A stretch of 64,000 nucleotides of DNA, taken from Malacoraja senta (Eukaryota). Below, in pieces: positions 48,946 to 63,139 of the stretch; position 1 is the stretch's first letter, and each line of letters opens with the position of its first letter. The position numbers and the translations under genes were made by a program. The notes below the pieces were generated by a model. That model was not told the origin of the DNA, ran no database searches, and was given only the letters and a program-made list of their open reading frames with translations. The stretch spans positions 558,001 through 622,000 of the forward strand of contig JAXLNO010000146.1 of the NCBI GenBank assembly GCA_038087875.1. The letters are read 5' to 3'.

Positions 48946-50659
48946 GACAGTTATTGCGAAAAGGAGAATATTTTTGTCTTTAAACCCAACTTCGTTCCCT
49001 CGTCCGTTCGATATGCCAGTAATTCTGATAAAAACCAATATATTGGTAGGTTCACATCGCCAAGTGCATGAACGCATGACTGGATTTTCACATTCCATTT
49101 GGACCAAATATCGCTTTGCCATAAGATCCAACAGATAACGTATAACGGATCGGTATGAACATTGATCACTGCATTTTAAGTAATATCCCCTTCCCCCCCC
49201 TCTCTCTCTGTCTCTCTCTCTTGTTCTCCGCTATACCCACGAGCCCACCCATGTATCATTCAATTCGCCCACTATCCCGCCCCTCTTACCAACTACGGTC
49301 CCCTCCCACCCCACCAAATCCCTCTCACTGACTTTACACTTCACCTGTAGTCCTCCATGCTGTTCATACTTTCTTGGATCAGAATCCGGTCATTCGATCC
49401 ATTCAATCTACTGCGCCATTGAATCACGGCGGATATATATTTCTCTCTCGTAGAAACTTAGAAAATAAGTACAGGAGTAGGCCTTTCGGCCCTTCGAGCC
49501 AGCACCGCCATTCAATGTGATCCTGGCTGATCGTCCACAATTAGTATTCCATTTCTGCTTTCTCCCCATATACCTTGATTGCGCTCGGCATAAGAGCTCA
49601 AGCCCATTCAACATCCCGAATACACGTATTAATCGATAATCTGTAAATCTCCGCCTTAAAAAAATATCAATTGTCTTGGTCTGCACAGCCGACGGTAGCA
49701 ATGAATTCCACACATTCACCACCCCCTGACTAAAGATATTCCTCCGCTCCTTGCTTCTAAAGGCACGTCTTGTTTTTCTGAGCCTGTTGCCTTGATTATC
49801 GTTGTTTTCTGCAAACCTTCCATACATTTGTCGTAAGTACCGTCTACATCTCTCGTTCCCCTACCCCTGACTCGAAGAAGGTGGGTCTCGACCCGAAACG
49901 TCACTTATTCGTTTTCTCAAGAGATGCTGCCTGACACGCTGAATTACTCCAACATTTTGTGTCGGTCCTCGTATCTCTCTTTGTTTTATAATCTAATCAG
50001 GTCTGTAGCATATTGTGCATTGTGATTCTTATGTCATTGGCCAGAGTGGAATGTGGAGCGCCAAGAAAGGCGAGCTTTGGTGACCACTCTCCAGCACCGC
50101 GCCTTGCGGTATAATCATTCTGTCACTCCAGAAGCAAACACGCTTTTTAGATAAAATGCAGTTAAAATGTGCTCGGGTCAAATGTCATGGAGTTATGGCG
50201 TCACACGACAACGAAACAAGCCCATCGGCCTCACTCTATGCCAACTAAGGTACTCCATGTGAGCCAGTCCCACTTGCCTGTGTTTGGCCTATGTCCGTCT
50301 ATTCATTTCTTATCCATGTATCTGTCCAAATGTATTTTAAATGTTGTTATTGTACCTACATCAACAATTTCCTCTGGCAGCTCGTACGATCCTATGTGGA
50401 AAAAAATCCACTTAGGTTCTTATTAAATCATTCACCTCTCACCTTAAAGCGATGTCTTCTGTTTTTTTTTCATTCACGGACCATGGTAAAATAAACTGCA
50501 TATTCATCCAATATATTCCTTTACTATTTAAGTACGTCGTCACATTTGATGAGAATCCATCCATAATGAGTTATCGAGGTGTCTGCGGAAATATGCTTTG
50601 CCATCCATGAATAATCCTAACCTTGTCACTGGTGTATTTCAAGATGCCCGAAATCTAAT

Positions 50660-50960
50660 TACGGCGGCAGAACTGTAGAGTTGCTGCCTTACAGGGCCAG
50701 GGAACCGGGCTATATCCTGACAACCGGTTCTGCCTGTTTGCACTTTCTCCCCGTGACCTGCGTGAGTTTTCTCCGGGAGCTCCGGTCTCCTCCCACACTC
50801 CAAAGACTTGCGATTTGCAAGTTAATTTGGCTTCGGTAAAGATTGCAATGTGTCCCTAGTGGGTAGGATAGCGCTTATGTACGGTGTGATCACTGGTCGG
50901 CGCAGACTCGGTGGGCCGAACGGCCTGTTTCCGTGCTTATGTCTAAACTAAGTCTAGGTA
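50660..50960 (+). mobile_element. V-SINE/HE1-like SINE
   Basis: GTAGAGTTGCTGCC head, TTCTCCCCGTGACC core, CR1-like tail. Confidence 0.7.
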
Positions 50961-52319
50961 AATTGGAGCGCGAGTTTTTGGCTGAAATGGGAGGTCTCTA
51001 GTCATGCGTCTTTCCGAAGAGTAAGTAAGTAAGTAAGTAAGTTTATTGGCCAAGTATTCACATACAAGGAATTTGCCTTGGTGCTCCGCCCACAAGTAAC
51101 AACATGACATACAGTGACAGTTACGAATGACTCAGAAAGCACTAAAGATTAATAATAATAAAACATTAATGATAAAACACCATTGATCAAGCATGTGAAC
51201 CAACAAAATACAAAATCAAAGGGAGGCTACAGATTTTTGGCTGTTGATCTATTCCCATTGAGTCAATGGGAATAGATTGGCGAAATTGGACATTGGACAT
51301 TTATGGGGTTCTTGAAGGCTGCAATGGAACGTGGAAGGGTAATGTCATTGTACTTTCTTACTGCCAAAGATTTTCCGCCGAACCGCTAAAAAAATATCCG
51401 GCTAACTACGACTAATTCACGGGCATTGTCGCTCGCCCACTGAATTGATTCTGTCTGCAGATTCCCTGACTTACCAAGTGTTCCGCCCGTTCACTTAATC
51501 GAAGAGCTATGTGAACAGACCTGGGACAGACACAAAAAGCTGGAGCATCTTAGCGGGACAGGCAGCATCCCTGGATAGAAGGAATCGGTGATGCCTCGGG
51601 TCAAGTCCCTTCCTCGGACTGAGCAAGATGCAGAGCCTGAGGAATGGGCTCGATCCGAAGTGTCATCCATCCTTCTATCCAGGGATGCTGCATCTGCACC
51701 CGTTGATCCAGCATTTTGTCTCTTTCACCGGTTGAAGCCGGCATCTGCTGTTCCTTCCTGAACAAACCCTGGACCCTAGTTATTCTAGGAGACACGAGAG
51801 ACTGCAGATCGAAGTACGGGACTGCAGAGCGAAGTGCAAAGTGCTGGATGGACTCAACAGGCAGGCATCTCATGCGGAGGGAAATTGAGAGACGATTTCG
51901 GGTGTGGACACTTCTTCAAACTAATGATATTTTATCAGACTTTGTCCCTCTCATTCTAAATCTGTGCCTTCTAATCGTTGATTCCCACGATGAATGTAGG
52001 GCGGAATTTGGAACGACCTATTGGAACAGGTAATTAAGTTTCAATCTGATTTCCCGCTTTGCCGCCAGCCTTGGAGACGCTGAGATACAGATACAGACTT
52101 CAGAGCGAGAAGCAATGAACACGTTTGTGGATCACGAAGTTGTAATGGGAGGTTTAAATTATTAGTCGCACTGGTTTCTAGACTAAGGTAGCGCAGTTGG
52201 CAGAGATGCCGTCTCGCGGCTCCAGAAACCCGGGTTCACCTCATGAACTCGGGTGCTCTCAGTGTGGAGGTTATTCCTTTTCCCTCTGACCCTATTAAAT
52301 CATTCCTTTCTCATCTTTA

Positions 52320-53520
52320 AGCTCTGGGTGAATTTGGACTTGAAGTCAGCACTCTCCACTGTAACTGGACCCTCGACTTCCTGATCGACAGACCACAATC
52401 AGTGAGAATAGGCGACAAATCATCCTCTGCATCAGTACTCTTCACCGATGCCCCACATGGATGCGTCCCCAGCCCCCGACAATACTCATTATACATTCCA
52501 GACTCTGCAGCCAAACATCAATCCAACTCAATCTACAAGGTTGTAGAGGACTGCACCGAATGGGAAAGACACGGAACAATGACGAGATGGAGTTAAGAAA
52601 GGAAGGAGATGGAGTACAATTTCAAGAAGCCAACTTAACTCATACCTTTGTAACGTATAAAAATGCAAATTTTTTGGGCGGACATTTTTTAAATTATATC
52701 TTAAGTTATCAATAACCAACTTGACCCAGATCCAAAATTAATAATATTAGGATTATCAGAACATAGCACAAACTTTACGATTAGTCAGAGAAATTTTCTT
52801 GATTACAGTCTAATAACTGAGAAAAAATTAATACAAAATTTTGGAGAAAAAAAAGCCAGCAGCCCCCACAATTAAAATGTGAATTACGGAAATAACTGAG
52901 ACCTTGCATTTGGAAAGAATAAGATTTGTCTTAATTGACAAACCAGAATTATTTGTTAGAATATGGTCTCCATTTATTGAATTCTTTAAAAAGTAAACTG
53001 GTTTAACACAAAATCAAGGGTGAAACCTGAGTTTGGGATTGGATGGATAGTTATACTCAACACCTCTTGGATCTATCTCCACAATCTTGCTATTTGTCAT
53101 TTATTTTTTCGTCTTCCCTTTCTCTCTATTAGATTATAGTTTGTCTTATCTTTTTCTCTCTTTATCCTTATTCTTTAAAAAAAATTAAAAAAAACTGAAG
53201 CTATGTAAGAAATCTGTAATTAATTTGTCGCTTACTATTATTGTATACATGCTTCTAATAAAGATATTAAAAAAAAAGAAAGCACCCCACTGGCAATAAA
53301 ACGCCAAAAGAAAAAGAAAGGAGACGGAGAACCTTGTAACTTGGCGCCAAGGCACCAACCTCTCCCTGAGATTTTAAAAAAGATTGTCATTGACGTCAGG
53401 TCGTGAAACAGTACACGCAATACGGTTTACATTGATGGCGAGGAATTAGAGACTCTTCGGAATAAATATCAACGACCATTTTTCCTGGACCAGCCACATG
53501 GAAGCTATGGCCAAGTCTCC
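52320..53520 (+). mobile_element. Rex1/Babar-like LINE RT fragment interrupted by an L1 3' fragment (~52615-53280)
   Basis: CNWTLDFLIDRPQSVRIG...APHGCVPSP; resumes ~53410 (VYIDGEELE); intervening AT-rich L1 tail ending in AATAAA and poly(A). Confidence 0.65.
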
Positions 53521-53729
53521 CGGCCAGCAGCGCGCTGGGAGTGCCCCGACAAGCTGGGCTAAGCCCTTTAGCATGCCCGGCTCGCCCACCGAGGACTCCG
53601 AACCAGGCCCCGATCCACCGGCGTCGGCGGCCAACCGCTGAGCGCAGGGGATCGCCGGAGTACAAGGTGGGTCGTGGACAGCGAGATGCGCCGTCGGAGA
53701 GAGAGGAGGGCCGTCTGACAGCGAGGTTT

Positions 53730-54020
53730 CAGTTAGGTTAGAGATACAGCGCGGGAACCGGCCCTTCGTCCCACCTACTCGGCGCCCACCAGCAATCCCC
53801 TCACAGTAACACTACCCTACACACACTATGGACAATTTACACATACGCCAAGCGTACAAACAAACGTATTAACTTACAAACCTGTACGTCTTTGGAGTAT
53901 GGGAGGGAACCCATGCGGAGAAAACCCATGCTGTCACGGGGAGATCGTACAAACTCCGTACAGCGAAGCACCGGTAGTCGTGAGCGAACCCGAGTCTCCG
54001 GCGCTGCAAGTGCTATAAGG
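53730..54020 (-). mobile_element. V-SINE/HE1-like SINE
   Basis: Similar to other copies. Confidence 0.65.
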
Positions 54021-54442
54021 CAGCGTCGGAGGGAGGGTTCTAGCTACCTAAATCTGAATAATTCAATGTTCATCCCAATGAGTTGCAAGCTACTCAACCC
54101 GTATATGAGTTGATATTTCTCCAGTTTGCGCGTGGCTTGACTCTGACAATGGATGGGATCCGGGACTGCAAGATCAGCATGGGAATGGGAAGATGAGGTA
54201 CAATGGTTAGCAACCCGGAGTTCGAGTGTGCCTCAGCGAAACGATCGCCGTATCTACGCTTGGCTAATCTATGTTCTAACCTAAACTGTGAGATGATACC
54301 AAAATATGATATAAAATTGGGTGCCACATACCATAATGTTCTGTTTCTCTGGGTTCAATATTGAACATTCATCTTGGAATTAGAAAATTGGTTTGAGCGA
54401 ACCATTCTGATATGTTCCATTCCCCTTCCGTGGATATTGCGG

Positions 54443-54985
54443 GATGTTGGGGGAGTCCAGAACCAGGGATTACAGTTTGAAAATACGGGGTAGGCGATTT
54501 ATGACTGAGATGAGGAGGAACCTTTTCACCCAGAGAGTTGTGAATCTGTGGAATTCTCTGCCACCGAAGGCAGTGGACGTCAATTCATTGGATGTTTTCA
54601 AGGGAGAGTTAGATTTAGCTCTTAGGATTAACGGAATCAAGGGATATGGGGAGAAATCAGGAACGTAGTACTGATTTTGTATTAAAGAGTTAAAGAAGGA
54701 ACTGCAGATGCTGGAAAATCGAAGGTACACAAAAATGCTGGAGAAACTCAGCGGGTGCAGCAGCATCTATGGAGCGAAGGAAATAGGCAACGTTTCGGGC
54801 CGAAACCCAGTTTCGGCCCGAAACGTTGCCTATTTCCTTCGCTCCATAGATGCTGCTGCACCCGCTGAGTTTCTCCAGCATTTTTGTGTACCTACTGATT
54901 TTGTATGATCAGCTATTATCATATTGAATGGCGGTGCTGGCTGGTAGGGCCGAATGGCCGTCTCCTGCACATATCTATGTTTCTG
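54443..54985 (+). mobile_element. CR1 3' fragment carrying a Penelope-derived hairpin insertion (54683-54893)
   Basis: ESRTRDYSLKIRG...[13 protein letters not shown]; 84-bp inverted repeat; 14-bp TSD. Confidence 0.85.
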
Positions 54986-55794
54986 CAAAGAAGGGGGAGG
55001 GGTGCGTGGGAAAAAGGGAGAGGGAGGGTTGTAGCTACCTACATTTGAAAATCCAATGTTCATGCCGTTGTGGTGTAAGCTACCCAAGCCGTATATGAGT
55101 TGCTATTCCCCAGTTTGCGCGTGGCTTGACTCTGACAAAGGATGAGATCCTGGACTAAAAGGTGAGCATGGGAATGGGATGATGAGTAATGATGGTTGGC
55201 CACCGGGAGTTCTGGTATGCCTTGGTGCAACGGACGCCGAGTCTACGCTTGGTTAGTCTAAGTCGTACCCTAAACTGTGAGGTGACGCCAAAATGAGATA
55301 TAACATTTGGATCCACACACCCATTACACGAACTTCGTGTTCTGTTTCTCTAGGTCAAATTTTAAACAATCATCTTAGAATTAGAAAATTGATTTGAGCA
55401 AACCATTGTGATATACTCCACTCCCTCTTCCGTGGTAGCAAATGTGATAAAGAAGGTGTTGTATTTCGGATCTCCCGTGTTAAAATCTTCCACAACAACC
55501 ACGTTGTCCACCCTGTGAATGACAGGACCAGCCCATTCACATTGTAGCTTGTATCGGGTCAGTCAATAACCTGCCGCCTCCTATAGTATTTGCATTGATT
55601 GTACTCCACCGAGAGTTTGGTGAAGTCACTTAATTTGTGTGGAAAAAACTGTGTTTGTTAAAGGGTCCATCACTAATGTCATTGCTCCATCAAAGGCGTT
55701 CCCACTGGAGGGTTTCGGGGGATATTAATGAGGATCCGAAGCCGCGCTCCTTGTTCCATTGTGTCACCCGAGCGAGCTACCGACATCTTCCAGA

Positions 55795-58700
55795 ATGTGG
55801 CGCCCTCCGATTTTGTACATGAAGGAAATCTCCTATCCGATCCTGGCGGTGCTTGGAATTCCATGTGAGTCTGTATTTTACTGTTGCTTTAGTTGAGTTC
55901 TTCCGCTCTCTGTTGCCGCTTGCATTTGGCATTCTCGCCGCGTCCCTTGTCCTTTGTCTCTCTCCAACGGAGAGAGTAAGATATAGAGCTGATAATGGAA
56001 TCAAGGGATATAGGGAGAAAACGGAAACGGGGTACTGATTTTGGATGATCAGCCATGATCATATTGAATGGCGGTGCTGGCTGGAAGAGCCGAATGGCGG
56101 ATTCCTGTACCTATTTTCTCTGTTTCTATGTTTCTATATGTCCTTTGGTCTTTGCTTTCACTGTCTCGCAGAAACCTACGCCGTTTACGAGTCAGCCTGT
56201 AAATGATTGGAGTCCTTATCTTAAGTAAATAAGTAAGTAAGTAAGTTTATTGGCCAAGTATTCACATACAAGGAATTTGCCTCGATGCTCAGCCCACAAG
56301 TAACAACATGACATACAGTGACAGTTACGAATGACTCAGAAAACACTAAACATTAATAATAATAATACATTAATGATAAAACACCATTGACCAAGCATGT
56401 GAACCTTGGTCAATGGTGTTTTATCATTAATGTTTTATTATCCGCTCTTGATCAGTGCGGCCGGGCGTCAGCGGTTAGGGGGAGAAGGCGTGAGAATGTG
56501 GTTGAGCGAAGGATAGATCTGATGGTTGAATGGCGGAGTAGACATGATGGGCCGAATTGCCTAATTCGACTCCTATAATTTATGAACTCTCTGAGCAAAA
56601 TGTTCTCGTCCCTACCCCGCGAGTTAGTCGTGTTCCGGCAAATACACTTTGGTTTAAGCTCCTGTCTCCTCGACCTCAGCGGCTCGGGGGAACGGACTGG
56701 CTCTTGGTGCTGGTGTGTGGTCCGGGTTTTCCCGGTCCAACGTTATCTCGTGCTAGGACCTCGAAGCCCGTAACTCTTGATACCGAGAGGTATTTGGTAA
56801 CAGGCGCAGGCAGCGTGGCGAATTTCCAAGCAAGTGGTGTCAATGGCAGAACCCGCGCTGCCAGAGATGAAACATCTATTCAATGTTGCAGCTTATGAGC
56901 CTCCAATGTCACGACTCTCTAAAACTGCCGCGTGCCCGTCGGCTTACGGGAGCCGGGGGGGGGGGGGCAAACGTCAAAGTGATCAATGACATAGAATATA
57001 AAATATAGAAAACAGAATAGTAGCGGAAATATAAGGAGAGAGATCTTTATACAGAGACTGCTTAGTTCGGACTCATTTGGTTTATAGCCTGCATTCCACC
57101 GAGGATGTGAAAGATTTAAGGAGAGTTTTAGCAAAATGCCAGCTGGATTAGAGATACAAGGAGAGATTTGATAAAACGTGATTTCTCTGGAATGCGAGAG
57201 ATTAAGGGGGGACGTTAGAATTATAATCAATTATGGGAGACCATGATAGGGTAGAGAGTAGGAACCGTTGTTTCCAAGGGCATTGCTTCAAGGTAAGAGG
57301 GGCAATGTTAAAGGAGATGTGGGGTAAAGATCATTACACAGAGAGCACTGAGTTGTGTTCCTGGAACGCGCTGCCATGGGAGAGACACGGGATAATTCAG
57401 GGAATGACTCATGTGCTGGCAGAAGTGTCCGCACGGTGCCGCAGCGATTGTGTCACTGCCTTACAGCGCCACAGACCCGGTGTAGGATCCCGACTACGGG
57501 TGCTGTCTAAAAGCACTCGTTATCCTTGTGAACACGTGGGTTTTCTTAGAGTGCTTCGGTTTCCTCCCGCGCTCTAAAGACATACAAGTTTGTAGGTTGG
57601 ACACAAAATGCTGGAGTAATTCAGCGGGACAGTCAGAATCTCTAAAGAGAAGGAATGGGTGACGTTTCGGGTCGAGACCCTTCTTCAGTGATTAATTAGC
57701 TTATGCACATTGTATATTGTCCCTCGTGTGTAGGATCGAGCTAGTGTCTGGGGTGAGCGGTGGTCGACGTGAACTCGGATGACCAAGGGGCCTGTTTCCA
57801 CATTGTATCTCTGAAGTCTCATGTCTAAAGAAGCGATTACTTTAACATGCCATAATTCTCGGCGCGGACACTGTGAGCCGAAGTGACTGTTTCTGTGCTG
57901 TACTGTTCTGTATTATTATCTGCAATGGTTCCTCTTCAATAATGTTGAGGAAGGACATTCTTGCTTTTGGGGGAGTGCAGCGTAGGTTCACCAGGTCAAT
58001 TCCCGGGATAGCGAGACTGACATAGGATGAAAGATGGGTCGATTGGGTTTGTAATTATTTAGAATTTAAGGATGAGAAGGGGATCTTATAGAAACATGCA
58101 AAATTCTTAAGGGATTGGACAGGCTTGACGCAAGAAAATGTTTCCGGTGTTGGGGGAAGTCCAGAACCAGGAGTCACAGTTTAAGAATAAGGCGTCGGCT
58201 ATTTAAGACTGAGATGAGGGGGTTAAAATCAACCAGAATGTTGTGAATCTGTGGAATTCTCTGCCACAGAAGGCAGTGGAGGCAAATTCACTGTATGTTT
58301 TCAAGAGAGAGTTGGAGTTAGCTCTTGGGGCTAACGGAATCAAGGGATATAGGGAGAAAGCAGGATCGGTACTGGTTTTGGATGATCAGCCATGATCATA
58401 TTGAATGGTGGTGCTGTCTCGAAGGGCTGAATGGCCTACTCCTGCACCTATATTTTATGTTTCTATGTTGTTGTTCGTAACGCAGTCTCGGTCCCCTCTC
58501 TTGCATTCAGCAATTGACCATTTCGTTGTGTTTTGTTCGTTCACCAGCGAACGTGCTGACGACCGTGATCCTATGCCGGGGAAAATGCGGTCTTACCAAA
58601 GGAATCACCCGCTACATGGTGGCGATGGCGATGTCCGACCTGCTGGTGGTCATCTCTCACGTGTTGCTCAGAGAAATCTACCTTTACTATTTACCCAACG

Positions 58701-59446
58701 CCTTCCTCTCGCTCAGCTCGATCTGCCCTTCACACGTACACTTGCGGGTCGCCAGCATGGACTATTCCATCTGGTTAACAGTGTCCTTCACCTTTGACCG
58801 TTTTGTCAGCATTTGCTGCCCGAGGCTGAGGCTTATCTATTGCACGGATAGGACGGCCGCCGTGGTCATTGTTTTCATGTGCCTGTTCAGCTGCTTAAAG
58901 TACGTTCCCTTTCACGTCCTGTACGAGCCAAGTTTCACCATAGGCAGTGACAACTGGGGCTGTCAACCCAAACCCGACTACTTCACCTCCATGTGGTGGA
59001 TAGCTTTCACCTGGATGTGCAGCATCTCCGTCTCCTTACTCCCCTTCGGCCTCATCGTGCTCCTGAACGGGTTGACCATCAAGAACATCGTAGCGGCCAG
59101 CAGGGTCCGCCGGCGCCTGAAGTCGCAGGAATGCAAGGACACTGAAACGGAGAACCGGCGCAAGTCCATCGTGTTGCTCTTCACCGTGTCCGGCACCTCC
59201 ATATTACTCTGGACCACGCCAACGGTGACTTGGATCTCCACTAGAGCCACCATCAATTTCGTGAACACGGATCCCACAAGCCCCTGGAACATCGCCAATG
59301 AGGTTGGAATCTTACTCATTCGTGTCAGCTGTTGTGCCAACACCTGTATCTACGCAATGACCCAAAGCAAGTTCAGACAGGAGGCGAAGAGCGGCATGAA
59401 GTTTCTGACTCGTTTTCTTATTAAACCCGTGAAACTGGCGAGGTAG
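55795..59446 (+). CDS. GPR139-like class A GPCR, two exons (55795-55864 and 58548-59446), 322 aa, intact
   Basis: Exon 1 MWRPPILYMKEISYPILAVLGIP+T|gtgagt; acceptor TTCACCAG|CG; matching phase 1; N-V-L TM1, MSDLL, FDRF, ENRRKSIVLL, NTCIY motifs. Confidence 0.9.
57945..58470 (+). mobile_element. CR1 3' fragment in the GPR139-like intron
   Basis: Similar to other CR1 3' ends; TTTCTATG tail. Confidence 0.85.
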
Positions 59447-59754
59447 TCAGCTAGCGTTGTAATTTGATTGTGACGCCGCTGATAGTTTAGCGGTGCAATG
59501 TGGAAACAGCACTACTTAACTTCTGAAGAAGGGTTTCGGCCCGAAACGTTACCTATTTCCTTCGCTCCATAGATGCTGCTGCACCCGCTGAGTTTCTCCA
59601 GCATTTTTGTGTACCTTCGATTTTCCAGCATCTGCAGTTCCTTCTTTAACACTACTTAACTTCACCCAGGAGCAGGACCTCTGCGACAGTGTCATTAAAA
59701 AAGCACTCACAATTATATTCATCATGTTATTTTTATATAGTATAATTATACTTA

Positions 59755-60430
59755 ATATATATATATACATATACATACACACACATACATACACACATAT
59801 ATACACACACATATATACACACACATATATACACACACATACACACACACACATACACACACATACACACACACACATACACACACATACACACACACAT
59901 ACACTCACACATACACACGCACATACACACATACATAAACACACATATACACACCCATATACACACACACATATACACACACACATATACACACACATAT
60001 ACACACACATATACACACACACATACACACACACATACACACACATACACACACACATACACACACACATACACACACATACACACACACATACACATAC
60101 ATACACACACATACACATATACACACACACATACACACACATACACACACACATACACACACACATACACACACATACACACACACACATACACACACAT
60201 ACACACACATACACACACATACACACACACATACACACACACATACACACACACATACACATACACATACACACACACATACACACACATACACACACAT
60301 ACACACACACACACACATATACACACCCATATACACACACATATACACACACATATACACACACACATACACACACACATACACACACACATACACACAC
60401 ATACACACACACATACACACACACCTACAC

Positions 60431-60461
<31 letters not shown>

Positions 60462-61408
60462 TACACACACATACACACACACATACACACACACACATAT
60501 ACACACCCATATACACACACATATACACACACATATACACGCACATATGCACACACTTATACACACACATATGCACACACATATACACACACATACACAC
60601 ACATACACACACATACATACACACACACATACACACACACATACACACACAAATACATACACACACACATACACACACACATACACTCACACATACACAC
60701 GCACATACACACACACATACACACACATATACACACCCATATACACACACACATATACACACACATATACACACACATATACACACACATATACACACAC
60801 ATATACACACACATATACACACACATACACACACACACATACACACACACATACACACACATACACACACACATACACACACATACACACACACATACAC
60901 ACACACATACACACACACATACACACACACACATACACACACATACACACACACATACACACACACACACACATATACACACACATATACACACACATAT
61001 ACACACACATATGCACACACATATACACACGCATATGCACACACATATACACACACATACACACACATACACACACATACATACACACACACATACACAC
61101 ACACCTACACACACAAATACACACACACATACACATACACACACACATACACACACACATGCACACACACATACACACACACACATACACACATATACAC
61201 TCATATATACACACATATATACACACATATATATACACACATGTATACACACATATATACACACATATATACACACATATATATACACATAGATATACAC
61301 ATAAATATACACATATATATACACATATATACACATATATATATACATATATATATACATATATACATACACATACATATATACATATACATATATGCGT
61401 ATACATAA

Positions 61409-61443
<35 letters not shown>

Positions 61444-61667
61444 CATATATACATACACATATATATATACATATATATATACACACATATGTATACCCAC
61501 ATATATATACACACATATATATACACACATATATATATACATACACATATATATATACATATAAATATATACATATATACATATAAATATATATACATAT
61601 ATATATATACATATACATACATATATACATATACATACATATATATATATACATTTATATACATATA

Positions 61668-61703
<36 letters not shown>

Positions 61704-61705
61704 CA
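59755..61705. repeat. ~1.95 kb compound (CA)n/(TA)n microsatellite
   Basis: Direct observation; source of the His/Thr and Cys/Val ORFs. Confidence 0.98.
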
Positions 61706-62671
61706 CTAGACCAAGTGCAGACCCGTTGGGTCTGGACACCGAACGTTCTTAAGGCCCCGGGGTGTGATATACCGAACGTGCTTCAGACCGCGGGGAGAAA
61801 ATCATTAGCGAAAAAAAAACAGAACATGTTTCAGATCCCGGGGTGAGGTTTTAGAGTCCGAACGTGATTCATAGCCCGGGGTGAAAAATAGCTAGCGAAA
61901 AAAAGATGGCGTCGTTTTCGGAGCAGAGGCGGTCGACAGCAGCCGTTATGGTTGCTGACCAGCAGATGGAGACAAAATTAGTGAGTGGGGGGGGGGGGGT
62001 GATGGATTTTATTTTAAAATGTGTACATAAATACGACGAAATGTAATCAGGAGTGGCTAATCGTAAAGAAAAATGAAATCTCTACCGAAATGGAAAAAAT
62101 CTCGTCGTTTCTGCGTGCGGTGTTGGCGTAGCGCGGTATCAAAGGGGCTGGCTGGCACAAGACAAGCAGGCAGCCAGCCAGCCACCACACACAGAGTTTT
62201 AATGTTATACTAGACCAAGTGCAGACCCGTTGGGTCTGGTCCCCGAAAGTGCTTCACACCCCGGGGTGTTGTTACCGAACGTGCTTCAGACCCGGGGTGA
62301 AAATCGTGGAAAAAAAGATGGCGTCGTTTTCGGAAAAAACCGGAGAAAATCGGCGAAAAAAAGATGGCGTCGTTTTCGGAGAAAATCGGAGACAATCGGA
62401 GAAAATCACATGTGGGTGGGGGGGGGATGGATTTTATTAAAAAAAACGTGTACATAAACAGGACCGAATTTAATCAGGAGTGGCTATTCGTAAAGATAAA
62501 TGTAATCTCTTTGGAAATGGTAAAAAATATGGGCCTATCCGCGTGCCGTGTGGGCCAGGGGCGTAATCAAAGGCGGCGTACGGACGTACAGACGTACAGA
62601 CGTAGAGACGTACAGACGTACAGACGTACAGACGGACGACAGCCAGAGAGTTTTAAAAGTATATAGATAGA
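61706..62671 (-). mobile_element. Two nested non-autonomous Helitrons (outer 61706-62209 + 62668-62671; inner 62210-62667)
   Basis: Minus-strand 3' ends CAGACCC-AAC-GGGTCTG hairpin, 8 nt, CTAG|T; 5' end A|TCTATATACTTTTAAAACTCTC; no TSD. Confidence 0.75.
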
Positions 62672-63139
62672 TAGATATATAGATAGATAGATAGATAGAT
62701 AGATATAGATAGATATAGAAGATATATATATACACATATATATATTATAATTTAAATGGACTGCAACATGGAAATAGGCTGCCCATGGTATAATATGAGC
62801 ATTGGCCATTAGATGGCGCTTACTTTCACGGTCCCATTTTCTAATTAGTTTAATTAATTAATGTGCAACTTTTGGCAATGACGAGTTATGACATCCTTCT
62901 CAATTATATTTCATCTAAATCTGTGGAAAATTTCATGTAGTTTGGTGACGGGTCACAAAAACTGGATTCTAGACACATTTTTGATGCTCGGCCCACAGCC
63001 TAAAATGTTGCACCTCGTCTCACTCTCCGTCAGATGCAGCCCGAATATTTTCAGCAATAACTTTCCCATTTCAGTTATCCATATCCCTTAGTTTTCTCCC
63101 TGCTTGCCATTTTGATTGATAACGAAACCAAAATGATTT

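Noticed and set aside
59549..61752. His/Thr- and Cys/Val-rich ORFs up to 561 aa
   Set aside because: Dinucleotide microsatellite artefacts.
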